From NCBI GenBank assembly GCA_951406725.2, contig OX597831.1:45446001-45510000 (forward strand): a DNA stretch of 64,000 bases, read 5' to 3'. Source of the DNA: Octopus vulgaris (lineage: Eukaryota). Both the position numbers and the translations under genes were made by a program. The notes beneath the pieces are model-generated. The model made no database searches and was not told where the DNA came from. It worked only from the letters and a program-made list of their open reading frames with translations. Shown piece after piece: positions 39,785 to 53,394 of the stretch (positions are counted from its first letter, which is position 1; each line of letters begins with the position of its first letter).

Positions 39785-40966
39785 TGTAACGCCGCCACTC
39801 GGGCCCAAGGCCTTCCGATTCCACCACGGGCCCTAAGTCGCGACGATGACACTCAGTAAACCGGAAATCCACAACGGGAAGCGGGGGAAGGCGGCGAACG
39901 CAACCAGGAACCAACACAACGACAACAAAAGAAGAGACAGGCGGAATTGCGGAATTCGAACAATTTTTTTTTATAACAAAACCAAAGCATTCACAACAAG
40001 GGTTAACAAATCATGTACAGAGTTCGAAGAACAAATCATTTGCATTTAAACATAATACAAAGTTCGAAAAACAAATAATTTAACATTTGACACAATACAG
40101 TTCGGTCTTTTTCAAGATAAATCATTTTACATTTAACACAAAGTTCACAATCAACAGTCTCTTAGAGCTCCACTTTCCTCTGTTTTTTTTTTTAACACGA
40201 CAGTTCCCAAAAAGTTCCTTCTGCTTTTAAAAACATTTCCAAGTTCTTTTTGTTTTCTTACTTTTCTTTTCTTTTAAAAACAGCCAACAACACGCTCATT
40301 TTTTCAACGGTTACGTCAGAGCCTCTCTCATTTTTTCATTTCAACAACACATCGTCTCTTCTCTTCTTTTTTTTAGACATTTACATTTAAACATTAAAAT
40401 TCAAAACATACAGAAAAACAACATTACCAGAACATTTGTTTCTTAAATTCGCGCCCGCAACAATTTTTAACTTCACAAACTCCCACTATAACAACTTGCC
40501 TGGCCGCTCGTTGTCATCTCTCTCTGTCAGTCTACGACTGTCATCTTGGCTGCCTCTCGTCCTGTTTCTCTCCCACTCACTTGGCTGTCTCTGTCCGCCA
40601 TCATCTCTAACTCACTCCCTGGTCCCGGTCTCCGCTCACACTGACCGTCTGTCTTTCCTCTCACTGACTGACTCTCGCCGACTGACCCTCTAACTTAATG
40701 CTAGCCGTATTTATAACGGCCAGCAGCTAGAAGAAGAGAGATATCGATGACAGCATCCCTTCCCAACATTAAAATTTTTTTTTTAATTTCCGTGACCGTG
40801 TGGGGCCATAGATCACTACCTAGGGCCATTAATAATCGTGCTCTTTGACAGGACAAAGGAAATACCATTGTCCTGAACAACTGGAGCGCCGGTTCGATTC
40901 CAATTAATGGAACAAGTGGCATAATGTTTTTTTTTGTTCGTTTACATTTTCCTTGCGTCCGTAACA
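39785..40966 (-). mobile_element. Solo LTR (probably Ty3/Gypsy)
   Basis: TGTAACG...CGTAACA termini; 4-bp TSD ATAC (39781-39784 and 40967-40970); TATAAATA on minus at ~40708-40715. Confidence 0.8.
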
Positions 40967-41252
40967 ATACTTTTTCACATTATATATATATATATATGTA
41001 AGTACGTATATACATGAAGTGAACATGATGGAGTTATAAGCGACAGAAAAGAATAAGGATCTAGAACGATTTGTAGTTTTTGTTGTTATACAATCCCTGA
41101 TCAACTTTGATCGAGCTAACTTCTAGTACGTAGGATATCGATCGATCAATTAGCAGCGAAATACATCAGCAAGATAATCTCAAGAATCAAGAATTCTCCG
41201 AAGTTGATATGCTGTTATGGAAAATGACGGGGCTTATTATCTGGAGATGAGA

Positions 41253-41310
41253 GGACAGTCATGGGCACACGTTTCTGCCTTGATAGACATCATCAGTATG
41301 ACAATTGTCC
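41253..41310 (-). ncRNA. Type I hammerhead ribozyme-like motif (Penelope pLTR type), probably inactivated
   Basis: Minus strand reads GGACA-ATT-GTCATA CTGATGA TGTCT-ATCA-AGGCA GAAAC GTGTGCC CATGAC-TGTCC. Core, stem II and bulged stem I are present; the cleavage triplet reads GCC instead of GUC. Confidence 0.65.
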
Positions 41311-41685
41311 AAACTTATTAGTAGCGACAGGAATTAGTTTTATACAAAGAAAGAACACATTTATAGCCAAAGTAATTTGTATAATTTAAATAAAAATAAG
41401 CAGTGACATGTATATGAAAAACACAGACAAATACAGGAATAACAAACACCATATAACATAAATTCTTGATTATTAACATTATCTCCACCACTTGAGGATT
41501 ATCAGAATTATCAAATGGTAATTAAGACCAGCTCTATATGAGAAAGAGAGATAATTTCTAGATTCAATAATTCTCCAAACAGATATGTCATAAAGGAAAA
41601 GGAGAGGCGTAGTGACGCAGAGGTATTTCTTTAAGCTCACATTTGCTTAAATGATGTGTGTTTCTGTATGTGTGAGTGTATGGTC

Positions 41686-41795
<110 letters not shown>

Positions 41796-42424
41796 CAAGG
41801 ATTGAACAGACAGAACACAAGGAGAAAAAGTTAGATGAAAGCAGAGCAAATTGGAAACAAAACGAAAACTTAACGGACAGGGAATATAGACTAAGACAAG
41901 ATACACGGAATATTCGCGGCTGAATCTTTCTCTTCAGTCAAAAATGCAAAATATCAGAGCAGTTTCATGCCAATTACCTTTGATACTGCTCAGTTTTGCA
42001 GGTGCCAGTACTTTTATTAAGCTACTGGGAAAAAGTTAGTGAATGTGTGCTCAGATAGAAATAAACAAAACATTATATAAATACAACAAATTATGGATAT
42101 ATAACAGCACGAAGCCTTATGGCCAAAATATCATCGTGGTTTTGCACCATTATCATTGAGATCACTCAATCTTGGAGGTGCCAGAGCTGTTATTATGCTA
42201 GTGAATGTACACTGAGACAGAAACGAACACGGCTTTATATAAACAGAACATACGAAGAATTATGCATTATATAACAACGCGAAGCCTTACAGCTATATAC
42301 AACAGAAGAAAGAAAATAATAATTATAGAAATACCACAAATACAACAGAAAGAGCTTTGCAGCTATTAAAGGAACTAAGTGGGGTAGCACAGGGTAAGAT
42401 GGAGTAAGTCCTAAAGGCTGTAGA

Positions 42425-42466
<42 letters not shown>

Positions 42467-42733
42467 CTTAAGGTGACTCGCTCACAGCACGGGTGAGGGT
42501 GTGGTTGTTACTTTCTGTTGCTTCCTTTCTGTTTCTTATCGCCACATTCTCCCTCCTTTCTCTCTCACTTTCCCACTCTTTTACTCTTCCTTTCCTTCGG
42601 ACTCTACTTCGCTTTCTCTTACTCTCTATAATTCTCCATCTATCTTTCTGCCATTTATGAAAAATTACATTTCCGCGCTTAAATTACAAATCTGCTTCCA
42701 CTTTGACATGTTGAAAATTAGATTGAAAGCAGG

Positions 42734-43454
42734 CAAAAGGGACTCAATCTTAAAATAACTTAGCGGTTCGCAAATAGAGATCGATAAACTAACTTACCGG
42801 TTCGCCAAAGGTAATCGATAAAATAACTTAGCGGATCGCCAAAGGAGATCGATAAAATAAATTAGCAGTTCCCCAAATGAAGTTAATAAAATAACTTAGC
42901 GGTTCGCCAAAGATGATCGATCAAATAACTTAGCGGTTCGCCATATAAGAACGATAAAATAACTTAGTGGTTCGCCAAAAGTGATCGATAAAATAACCTA
43001 GTGGTTCGCCAAAGGGGAGCGATTAAATAACTTAGCGGTCCGCCAAAGGTGGTCGATAAAATAACTTAGCCGTTCGCCAAAGGAGATCGATAAAATAACG
43101 TAGTGATTCCTCAAACGTGATCGACAAAATAACTTAGCGGTTCGCCAAAGGAGGTCGATAAAATAACATAGCAGTTTGCCAAAGGGTTCGATAAATTAAC
43201 TTAGCGGTTCGATAAATTAGGTGTCAATAAATTAACTTAGCGTATGGCGAACCGCTAAGTTATTTCATCGATCATCTTTGGCGAACCGCTAAGTTATTTT
43301 ATTGACCTCATTTGGGGAACCGCTAACTTATTTTATCGGTCTCCTTTGGCGATCCGCTAAGTTATTTTATCGATTATCTTTGGCGAACCGGTAAGTTAGT
43401 TTATCGATCTCTATTTGCGAACCGCTAAGCTATTTTAAGATTGAGTCCCTTTTG
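42734..43454. repeat. 34-bp satellite array arranged as a foldback with 212-bp inverted arms
   Basis: Unit AACTTAGCGGTTCGCCAAAGGAGATCGATAAAAT; 42734-42945 is the reverse complement of 43243-43454 with about 8 mismatches. Confidence 0.95.
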
Positions 43455-43459
43455 TTTTA

Positions 43460-44280
43460 TTGTAGTGGACTTTCTTCTTGATTTGACCGTTAGGTTTTCA
43501 TGCCATTAGTTAATTTTTTTATGTGTGTGTTGCTTGCATTTATATTTTGGTATTATGTTACAATATGAGTATAGCCTCCCTGATTAATCTTCTGTTTTTG
43601 TAAGGAATTTTATAATATTTACAAATGTTTTTCGTGTGCTATAATATATAGCGTGTATAGTACGTTGCAATTCTTCTTTGTTGCAAATGCATGGTGGCCT
43701 ACGAAAGACTATTGTACTATTATCTCCAATGCAACAGCTGTAATCCTGAAGTTTACAACTTTCAATTTTACAGTCAAATTTGTTAATTACATTGGTCATT
43801 AGTGGCTTGTGCTCAGGTTAACATGTTTGTGGTGTGTTATTGACGAGGCGATTTTTGGTACTAGTGTTTTTGTAACATACAATTAGTTTAAGATTACAGT
43901 TAGGTGTGAAGCATTTTGTGTTTCGTTTTATGAGGTTTTTGATCATATATTCATCTGTTCGACAGTTGCTATGCATTTGATCTGTATAATGATTTTTACA
44001 TATGATTTGTGTATTTTTATTGATTGTATACTCTGAGAAATTTGTTTTATCGTATTTGAGTCAGTATTCTTCTAAAGCTCGTTCTACAAGTCTGTTGGAA
44101 TATCCGTTGTTAGTAAATATTTGTTTTCTTCTGTAGATTTCTTTCTCAGGAGCCTTATTTCAGGTCAAAAATATAAGTAATCCTCTAAGGAGTAATTTTA
44201 CGACCGACATCATTTAGCTGTGTGGGCATTCGCTGTTTCCATGTAAGCATATGCATTTGTTTCATTCACACATATCAAAA
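43460..44280 (-). mobile_element. Penelope-like element relic (RT thumb, linker and GIY-YIG endonuclease)
   Basis: CLHGNSECP...QIFTNNGYSNRLVE...DQMHSNCRTDEYMIKNLIKRN...LKLIVCYKN...TNVINKFDC...IGDNSTIVFRR; with stops and frameshifts. Confidence 0.8.
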
Positions 44281-44999
44281 ACTTAACACATTGTTACTAA
44301 TATGAAAATTTTAGGGTTAAAAATAATAAATAAAAAGAAGTTTCACCACAATAAAACAGAGTAACACGTGACTGCTAAAAGCCTTTGGTGAGAAAGTCTT
44401 CAAAAATCTGATCAGCATATAAAAAACAATGCAAACGTTAAATCTATCTTAGTTCTTGGAAATGAGACGGTGATGGTCTGGAAACGTTAAATATGGATTT
44501 AACTTTATGGTTCAAAACTAACTACAAAAAAATAATAAATAATACGATATTCGCCGTATATATGCATGTGTATGTGTGAGAGAGAGAGGAGGGTGTATAT
44601 GTGTATGTGTGCGTGTATGCGTGTGCGTGCATGCGTGTGCGTGCGTGCGTGCGTTCGTACGTGCGTGCGTTTGTGTATGTATAAATATATGTACGAAATT
44701 AAAGTGTAAATGTGTTCTCTTCAAAAGAAAATCCTTGACCATTTCGTATCCAACCGTTTTAACCCAATAAAAAGAGTTATCATTTTGATAAAACACCAAT
44801 ACCTTCCAAAACACCTTGACCATCTTTTTATGATACTCTTCAGACAATGCTTCAATGTCTTTATACTTGCAAACAAAGGGACGTACTGACTAAGCACTAA
44901 GGGACATACGTTACGTATGCTCGGGTTCTCACAACAATTCCAAAAATAAAACTTAACGGTAATACAGTTCCATACACTTCTCTACTAAAAGCAAAAAGG

Positions 45000-45450
45000 A
45001 GTGGGTCGATTTTCTATTAAACTCTTTTTATTCATGAGTGAAGGGTAGTACTGATGAGACTTTACAGGATCCCTAAGAGAAGTAGAAGGCATCCTTAATC
45101 CAGAGACTAGTTGAAAATGCTTGAAAGTAAGTGGGCTTTGATAAAGGTACCCCAGGACCAAGTAGGGTGTTAAATCGGGCAATGGATTAAGGCTACCGTC
45201 CAAGTAGATACGGTAAGATTTGAACTCAGAACGCAAGTAGCCGGAACGAATATTACTAGACATTCTATCCCACACTCTAACGTTACCACTTGTCCATTGC
45301 CATTGGCAGGTACTTTGTTTATCGACCTTAGAAGGATGAAACTTATAGCTAATCACGATGGGATTTGAACTTATAATGCAAACTATCGGAATAAATATCC
45401 CAATGCATTTCGTCTGATGTATTAATGCCTCTTCCAATTCGTCGCCTTAA
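45000..45450 (-). mobile_element. Degenerate SINE family A pieces
   Basis: atttgaactcagaacg at ~45218 and tttatcgaccttagaaggatgaa at ~45318. Confidence 0.6.
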
Positions 45451-45891
45451 CACTAACAACTCTACAAATTCGCTTCGCCATGCGTTCCCTTTACATCATT
45501 CTTAAGGAACACAATCCAAACTTCCTACCCAACTTCAAATTTAAGTCAATCAACTTTTCCAGAATCGAATTGGTAAAAGACAGCAAAACGCATCTTTGAC
45601 GCCATTAACCTTACAATTAAAAGTGAGACGAGATCAGATCATTGGAACGGTTGTGTCCCTATTATTGGAAATAAAGCAGCCTTCAGATATTCTCAGTTTG
45701 GTATAATGGGTTTCTATACAGCCGTATCAAAATTAATCTTCCTGACAACTCCGAACTTTAGAAAACTGTTCACCACCATTAGTGATCTAGATATTAGGAT
45801 AGTGGTGAATGCCAGGATGTTATTGTTATATCATGACAACTCCTACTGTGTAAAAAAGGATATTATCTATTGTTTGATGGTACCATTACGG

Positions 45892-46140
45892 TGGAGGCGC
45901 AATGGCCCAGTGGTTAGGGCAGCGGACTCGCGGTCATAGGATCGCGGTTTACTTCCTGTTTCTGTTGTACCTGTATTTCAAAGGGTCGGCCTTGTCACTC
46001 TCTGTGTCACGCTGAATATCCCCGAGAACTACGTTAAGGGTACACGTGTCTGTGTACACGTTAATTTCACGAGCAGGCTGTTCCGTTGATTCGGATCAAC
46101 CGGAACCCTCGTCGTCGTAACCGACGGAGTGCTTCAGTCA
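45892..46140 (+). mobile_element. SINE family C with target-site duplication
   Basis: tggaggcgcaatggcccagtggttaggg head; TSD GGTACCATTACG at 45879-45890 and 46141-46152. Confidence 0.85.
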
Positions 46141-47331
46141 GGTACCATTACGATGGTACAAAGGTAGAGGACTTTTCACACTTGACACTTTAAGAAGAGA
46201 ATCTCTTATAACTTCGGTTGGTACATTACTGATATTCGCTAATCTCACGCAATAGGAATGCCTCCGCCCATAGACAGATTAAGAAAGGGCTTCACAGGCA
46301 TATTCAAGGGATTTGGTTTAAATATAATTATTCTTTAATAGGCGTAATTTAACAACTTTTTGTTTATCTTTTTAGTATTATTTAATTTAGTATTATTTAA
46401 TTATTATTGGCACTGACCTAACGATAACAAAATTTTGTAGATATTACGTTAGGAGAGTTTCTAACTTAATCTCAGACAGGGAAATTTTCGATACAGCAGC
46501 AGAACTTACAACGAAGTGCTAGCCATAAGTAGCTTCAATAAGATGTTGGTTTAGATACAGGGATACCCTAACGTATCAATTCAAGGTGAGTTTGGAAAAG
46601 TAAGTAATCTGCTTTACTCACCACCATCACGTACACACAACTTGAATGTTTCTACGAACAATGCCAAGAATTTTCTTTCTCTTGTAAGGTACAACTTTTC
46701 ACGGAAATACCATAAATACTTTACAGCGCACAATGTTAATGTTAGCTTTTCTTGCCTAGAAAACATCATTTCTACTATCAGACGTTAAAATTTTAAAAAT
46801 GTGTACATTCATGCAGTAACCACTGCATCAGCTATCTTAAAATTGTCGAAATTGACACTCTAGTCCGCTCAGGGATATCTTGCGCTTCCAAGATACACCA
46901 TCTGGCAAGATCCACGACGTAGACCTCTGTAAGTGATTCTAGGACCTTCATTTTTTTTATCTCAATTGATAGCTTATTAACAAAGATATTTGAGTATGTA
47001 TACACGCGTGCGGCGTGTGTATGTGTAACGAGTCTATATGTACAATTATACATTTGGATATACTTAGGAACCTCGCAAACTATATCAGTGGAATTAAAAT
47101 AAATATGTATTACTCCAGACATTAAAAGTTTCACATGTTGTCATGTTCTTCAGTGGGGAGACAGAAGATTTTAAAGCCGGGTGCTACTATATACAGCAGT
47201 AGAGATTAGCGCAGGATTCGCAGGTAGAGACGAAACGAATTAACGAATTATCGTTTTTCTATAAATCGAAGAGACCATGTGTATGTGTGTTTGTACACAC
47301 ACATAGACACACACGCGCATATACATAATAC

Positions 47332-47360
<29 letters not shown>

Positions 47361-47362
<2 letters not shown>

Positions 47363-47603
47363 GAGGCACGTGGCTTAGTGGTTAGGGTGTCAGCATCAGG
47401 ATCGTAAGATTGTGGGTTCGATTCCTGGACCGGGCGACGCGTTGTCTTCTTGAGCAAAACACTTCATTTCACGTTGCTCCGGTCCACTCAGCTGGCAACA
47501 ATGAGTAACGCTGCGATGGACTGGCTCCCGTCCAGCTGGGGAACACATACGCCATTGAAACCGGGAAACCGAACCCATGAGCGTGGCTAGGTTTTAAAAG
47601 GGC

Positions 47604-47604
<1 letters not shown>
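47361..47604 (+). mobile_element. SINE family C
   Basis: A-box TGGCTTAGTGG, B-box GGTTCGATTCC; weaker copies at ~48432-48580 and ~50787-51065. Confidence 0.85.
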
Positions 47605-47647
<43 letters not shown>

Positions 47648-47792
47648 GTGAATACATGTACATGTATATGTATATAGATATACATACATACATACACACA
47701 CATGTATAAATATATTCAAATACATATATACACACATATAAATGTATATACATGAATACACATACATGCATATGTGTATGTGTGTGTGTATG

Positions 47793-47857
<65 letters not shown>

Positions 47858-48005
47858 GTGTGTGTATGTATGTATATATATGTATATATATATATGTATG
47901 TACGTATGTATGCATGTATGTGTGTATAGTTGATTTTGAAATTAAAATTTTTAATGTGTTTGTGTGTAATGTGTGTGTGTGTGTGTGTGTGTTTGTGTGT
48001 GTATG
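47605..48005. repeat. Compound TA/TG/TATG microsatellite
   Basis: Direct reading. Confidence 0.9.
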
Positions 48006-48798
48006 AGTGAGAGTGTAGTTAATTAAATTAATTAAATATGATTCTAAATTTATATATAGAAATTGAAATTATATACCTTTTAGATAACGGGAGAATCTAA
48101 CGCAGTAAGTTCTATGTAGTCGCTTGGTCTGTTAGGAAGAGCTCCGAAATCTCAGTCTCATCATATTCTACTCTCTCGGGAAATGAAGCAACATAATGTA
48201 ATTTAAGCATGCATCTAAGACAGGGATGTTCATGTGTGGAATGTCTTTAATCATAGATTTACTTAATCTAGGTTGACATGACCTGTGGCTAAACAATATT
48301 GTAAGAAGCTCCATTTGTATAATTTTACAGGTTGCATATTATCTGTCTTTGAAACGTGATAAGATAAGGTGGAGCTTGTTTCAGGCCAGTCAATGAGGAA
48401 TTGATGGTGGGCAGGGGGTTGCATTTTGACGGCGGGTGGCCTAGTGGCTAGAATGCTGCACTCGCGATCACAAAACCGCGGTTTCAGTTCCGAGACTGGG
48501 CGTTGTGATCTTCTGCAAAACACTTCATTTCAATTGGCTCTTATCCACTCAGCTGTAAATAATTAACTCTGTGATAGGCTGACACGACACAGTAATCAAG
48601 TGGTGAGTTGTGATTTAGGTCAATTATTCGCCATAAAACAAGCGAGTAACCGGTACAGTGAGTACAACTACTCGAATGGTAATGTCCAATGTCCAGTGCG
48701 GGGCCCGATTTTTGAATTTGGGGTTAACGAAGAACGATTGTCCTGTTCCAGGCAATATTTAGAGCAAAAGTTTGGGACAGTTCTAAAAGCGTTTGGGA

Positions 48799-49283
<485 letters not shown>

Positions 49284-49439
49284 TAATCAAAAAGTCAATA
49301 AAAGAAAATGGAGAAGAAAAATTAAAAAGATGCTTGGTTCGTTTTATTTGTATTACAATTGGAAAGGTAATGCAAATTAAAAGATGAAAAATTCTGTATA
49401 TACATACATACATACATACATACATACATACATACATAA

Positions 49440-49524
<85 letters not shown>

Positions 49525-49526
<2 letters not shown>

Positions 49527-49928
49527 CGTAGGAGTGGCTGTGTGGTAAGTAGCTTGCTAACCAACCACATGATTCCGGGTTCAGTCCCACTGCGTGGAAT
49601 CTTGGGCAAGTGTCTTCTACTATAGCCCCGGGCCGACCAATGCCTTGTGAGTGGATTTGGTAGACGGAAACTGAAAGAAGCCTGTCGTATATATGTATAT
49701 ATATATAAGTGTGTGTGTGTATATGTTTGTGTGTCCGTGTTTGTCCCCCTAGCATTGCTTGACAACCGATGCTGGTGTGTTTACGTCCCCGTCACTTAGC
49801 GGTTCGGCAAAAGAGACCGATAGAATAAGTACTGGGCTTACAAAGAATAAGTCCCGGGGTCGATTTGCTCGACTAAAGGCGGTGCTCCAGCATGGCCGCG
49901 GTCAAATGACTGAAACAAGTAAAAGAGT
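49525..49928 (+). mobile_element. SINE family B, full length (tRNA head, CORE-like segment, internal TA/TG tract, 3' module)
   Basis: ggcgtaggagtggctgtgtggtaag...cttgggcaagtgtc...acttagcggttcggcaaaagagaccgatagaataag...gaaacaagtaaaaga. Confidence 0.92.
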
Positions 49929-50023
49929 ATATATATATATATAGTCAATTCAAATAAACGAATAATAAAATTAACAAGAGAACGTGCACAAGGAATGTAT
50001 TAGCCTGACGCTTGGTAACAAGA

Positions 50024-50062
50024 GAGAGTTTGACGTTTCGAGCATAGCCTTTCGTTGGAAAG
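50024..50062 (-). ncRNA. Degenerate minimal hammerhead-like motif (Penelope pLTR relic)
   Basis: Minus strand CCAACGAAAGGCTATGCTCGAAACGTCA; the CUGANGA core is mutated. Confidence 0.4.
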
Positions 50063-50189
50063 GGAAAATGGGAAAAGTCCAAAGAAGGAAAAGAAATCGC
50101 CAACAGTATGTGTGTAGTTACATTACTGAAGTGACCGGAAGTAGAAAGAGATAGAGAAAGTGGTTTTGGGGGAACAGGAGAGTGCGAAG

Positions 50190-50374
50190 ATGGTCAGTGA
50201 GTGTGTGTGTGTGTGTGTCTGTGTGTATGTGTGTGGTAGTATCTATGTGTGTGCGTGTGTGTGCTTGAATATATGCGTACGACGGAGTGGGAATGTATGT
50301 GTATGTGTATGTACATACCTGTGAGTGCGTGTCTCTCTCTCTTTTTCTCTCTCTCCTCCCCTCTCTCTCTTTCT

Positions 50375-50414
<40 letters not shown>

Positions 50415-50785
50415 TATGAATGTGTGTGTATATGTGCATATGATTGATTATGAGGTTGTGTATGTGAAGGTATATGTACGTGAGTGTGTGTGAGTGTACG
50501 TGTGTGCATGTGGGGTGTGATGGGGTGTGAGAGGCGAGGTGACAGCTGCGTGGGCGCGTTCGGAGTGTATGAATGTGTATGTGTATGTGTATGTGTGTGT
50601 GTATGTATATGTGTGTATGAGTGTTTGTAAGGACCTCTTTGTAGGTGTGCATGTGTGGCCATGTGTATGTATCTGTGGCCGTGTGTGTGTGTGCGTGGCC
50701 GTGTGTGTGTGTGTGTGTGTGCGTGTTGCAAATAAATATATGTGTGTATTTCCGTGTGTCTGTGTGTCCGCGCGCGCATGTATTA
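50190..50785. repeat. Degenerate TG/TA/CT microsatellite field
   Basis: Direct reading. Confidence 0.9.
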
Positions 50786-51070
50786 AAGGCCGTGGCCTAG
50801 TGGTTAGGGTTTTGCACTTACAATCGCAAGATCGTGGTTTCGCCTCCTAGATCGGACGGTGTGTTGTAGTCTTGAACAAAACAGTTTCCCTTTCATGTCA
50901 CTCCAGCCCACTCCTCTTGTAAATGAGTAACAACAATAGCTGTGAAATCAACCCTGGGACGGGCGGACACCTCGCTTCAAGGTGGCGGGGGAGGGGAGGG
51001 ATTGTTACTTCAGTCGTTTATACGCCATGGAAACTGAATTAATTCCTGGTCTTATGAGTCCTAGGGCTCA

Positions 51071-51169
<99 letters not shown>

Positions 51170-51674
51170 CTGTGTCTGTGTTTGTGTGTGCATGTTTATA
51201 TTTATACGTGTGTGTTTTTGTGTCTGTGTTTTTACCCCCACCATCGCTTGACAGTTTGTTGGTGTGTTTATGTCCCCGTAAATTTGCGGTTCAGAAAAAG
51301 GGACCGATAGAATAAGTCCTGGGGTCGATTTGATCGACTAAAACCCTTTATGATGGCGCTCCAGTATGGCTGCAGTCAAATGACTAAAACATGTTAAAGA
51401 TGTCAGCAGCAGAAACGGCTGTAAGCAATCTTCAAGCTTTGCATTAAAAAAACGATAGTAGTCAATTTGTTTGTTGAACAAAAGTTTTCTCCATTTTCTG
51501 TTCATGTTAAATTTGATTTCTGATAAACTCTCGTCTATTCTGTTATTACCTGTATCTTATGTGCATAGTATGCTTGCATACCCATGCTCGGGGTTAACGT
51601 AGGTAATTTATACCGGTAGTAAGAACGGATTTTCTCATCTCTTAGACGATTACTCTAACCGCTAACTCTACTTA

Positions 51675-51804
<130 letters not shown>

Positions 51805-51835
51805 TGTATGCATGCATGCAAGTATGTATATATGT

Positions 51836-52260
51836 TCTTTTACTTGTTTCAGTCATCTGATTGCGGCCATGCTGGGTCATCGCCTTTAGTTCAGCAAATC
51901 GACTCCAGGACTTATTCTTTGTAAGCCTAGTACTTATTCCATCGGTCGTTTTGCCGAACCTCTAAGTTACAGGGACGTAAACACACCAGCATCGGTTGTC
52001 AAGCGATGCTGGAAGGACAAACACAGACACACACACACACACATACGCGCACACGCACACACACGCACACATACACGCACACACACACATACACACACGA
52101 CAGGCTTCTTTCAGTTTCCGTCTACCAAATCCACTCACAAGGCTTTGGTCGGCCCGAAGCTATAGTAGAAGACACTTACCCAAGGTGCCATGCAGTGGGA
52201 CTGAACCTGGAACCATATGGCTGGTAAGCAAGTTACTCACCACACAACCACACCTGCGCC
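51836..52260 (-). mobile_element. SINE family B, full length
   Basis: Reverse complement of the 49525-49928 type; partial 3' modules also at ~51175-51400 and ~52410-52470. Confidence 0.9.
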
Positions 52261-52360
52261 TATATATATATACACGTGTGTGTGTGTGTATGTGTGCGTG
52301 CACGCGTGTGTGTGTGTGAGTGTGTGTGTATACATACATGCATACATATATATATATACA

Positions 52361-52405
<45 letters not shown>

Positions 52406-52499
52406 GCTTTATGCGGCCATGCTGGAGCACCGCTTTAAAGGGTTTTAGTCGAAGAAATCGACCCAAGAACTTAGATTTCTTCGTGTGTCGACTGCATTA

Positions 52500-53090
52500 C
52501 TGAATAACCAGACAGCTGCAGCGGGTTGACAAGTTTAAGGTGCTTTGTCACCACTGAAGGACATGGACAGTACAACTACTCACAAGTTCTGTGCTGTAAC
52601 AGCCATCACCCAATGGTCGCCGACTGTGTAGAGATTTAGCAAGAGACTTCCAGTAATATCCTTTACCTGTCCCTGCCTCCTTCACTCTCTCGCCAGAGGA
52701 CATGTTGTTTTTGCAAGTTGGAGCTGTGCAGTATTGAATGAATAAATGTAAGTTGTCAGAAGACCTACACATATGATTTGATTTAAGTGTTGAAGGCTTG
52801 TGTAGAACTATCCACACTGTTTGAAGTGGTGATATCCAGAATAAGGTGCACATATGTGCCACACTACCAAGAACGACACGCCTCAGGCTTTTTTCTTCTG
52901 AAGTTTGCATCTCCTTGACAAGCCGTTATAAACACAAGCTGAAGAGCCTAGTCTACCCTATGAGTCAGATTATGCTGATAGTACAGCCTTGTTAAGGAGA
53001 CCCTCAGCTCTCGAAGACCTAGTTTTATATCGGAGTTTCCTTCTCCTAGATGGGATGCCTTCACCACAGTTAAGGGGCCCCATCTGCTGC
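52500..53090 (-). mobile_element. Degenerate RTE-like fragments (C-terminal coding part and 5' UTR-like piece)
   Basis: MQTSEEKSLRR resembles IQAFExKCLRR; AGGCATCCCATCTAGGAGAAGGAAACTC resembles RTE 5' regions. Confidence 0.4.
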
Positions 53091-53210
53091 CTAACATATG
53101 AAATTAACTACATCAAATTTAAAATATGTTACCAGTAGCGCTCAAGAGCGACCTGACATATGTATACGCACACACACACGCATACGCACACACATACATA
53201 TACAGTATAT

Positions 53211-53299
53211 TGATAGTGACTTCGAAATTCCGGCCGCTTAAGCCATCATTGGACTGCCCGATGATGGTTTAATTGGCCAAAACTTCGATGTCACTGTCA
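53211..53299. ncRNA. ~89-nt hairpin made of two inverted degenerate hammerhead-like motifs
   Basis: Right arm CCGATGATGGTTTAATTGGCCAAAACTTCGATGTCACTGTC; left arm reverse complement CCAATGATGGCTTAAGCGGCCGGAATTTCGAAGTCACTATC. Confidence 0.55.
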
Positions 53300-53394
53300 G
53301 TAATTTTCTTGTTAAGGAATGAATTTGTACTCTACCAAAAGAATTGAATAATCCTTTAGTTTAATGCAAAAATTGTTTTTATCATAGCATAAGA

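Noticed and set aside
47361-47435. tRNA-like sequences with A and B boxes (also 6606, 37376, 45892, 49525)
   Set aside because: SINE heads continuing into SINE bodies; no complete cloverleaf or acceptor stem.
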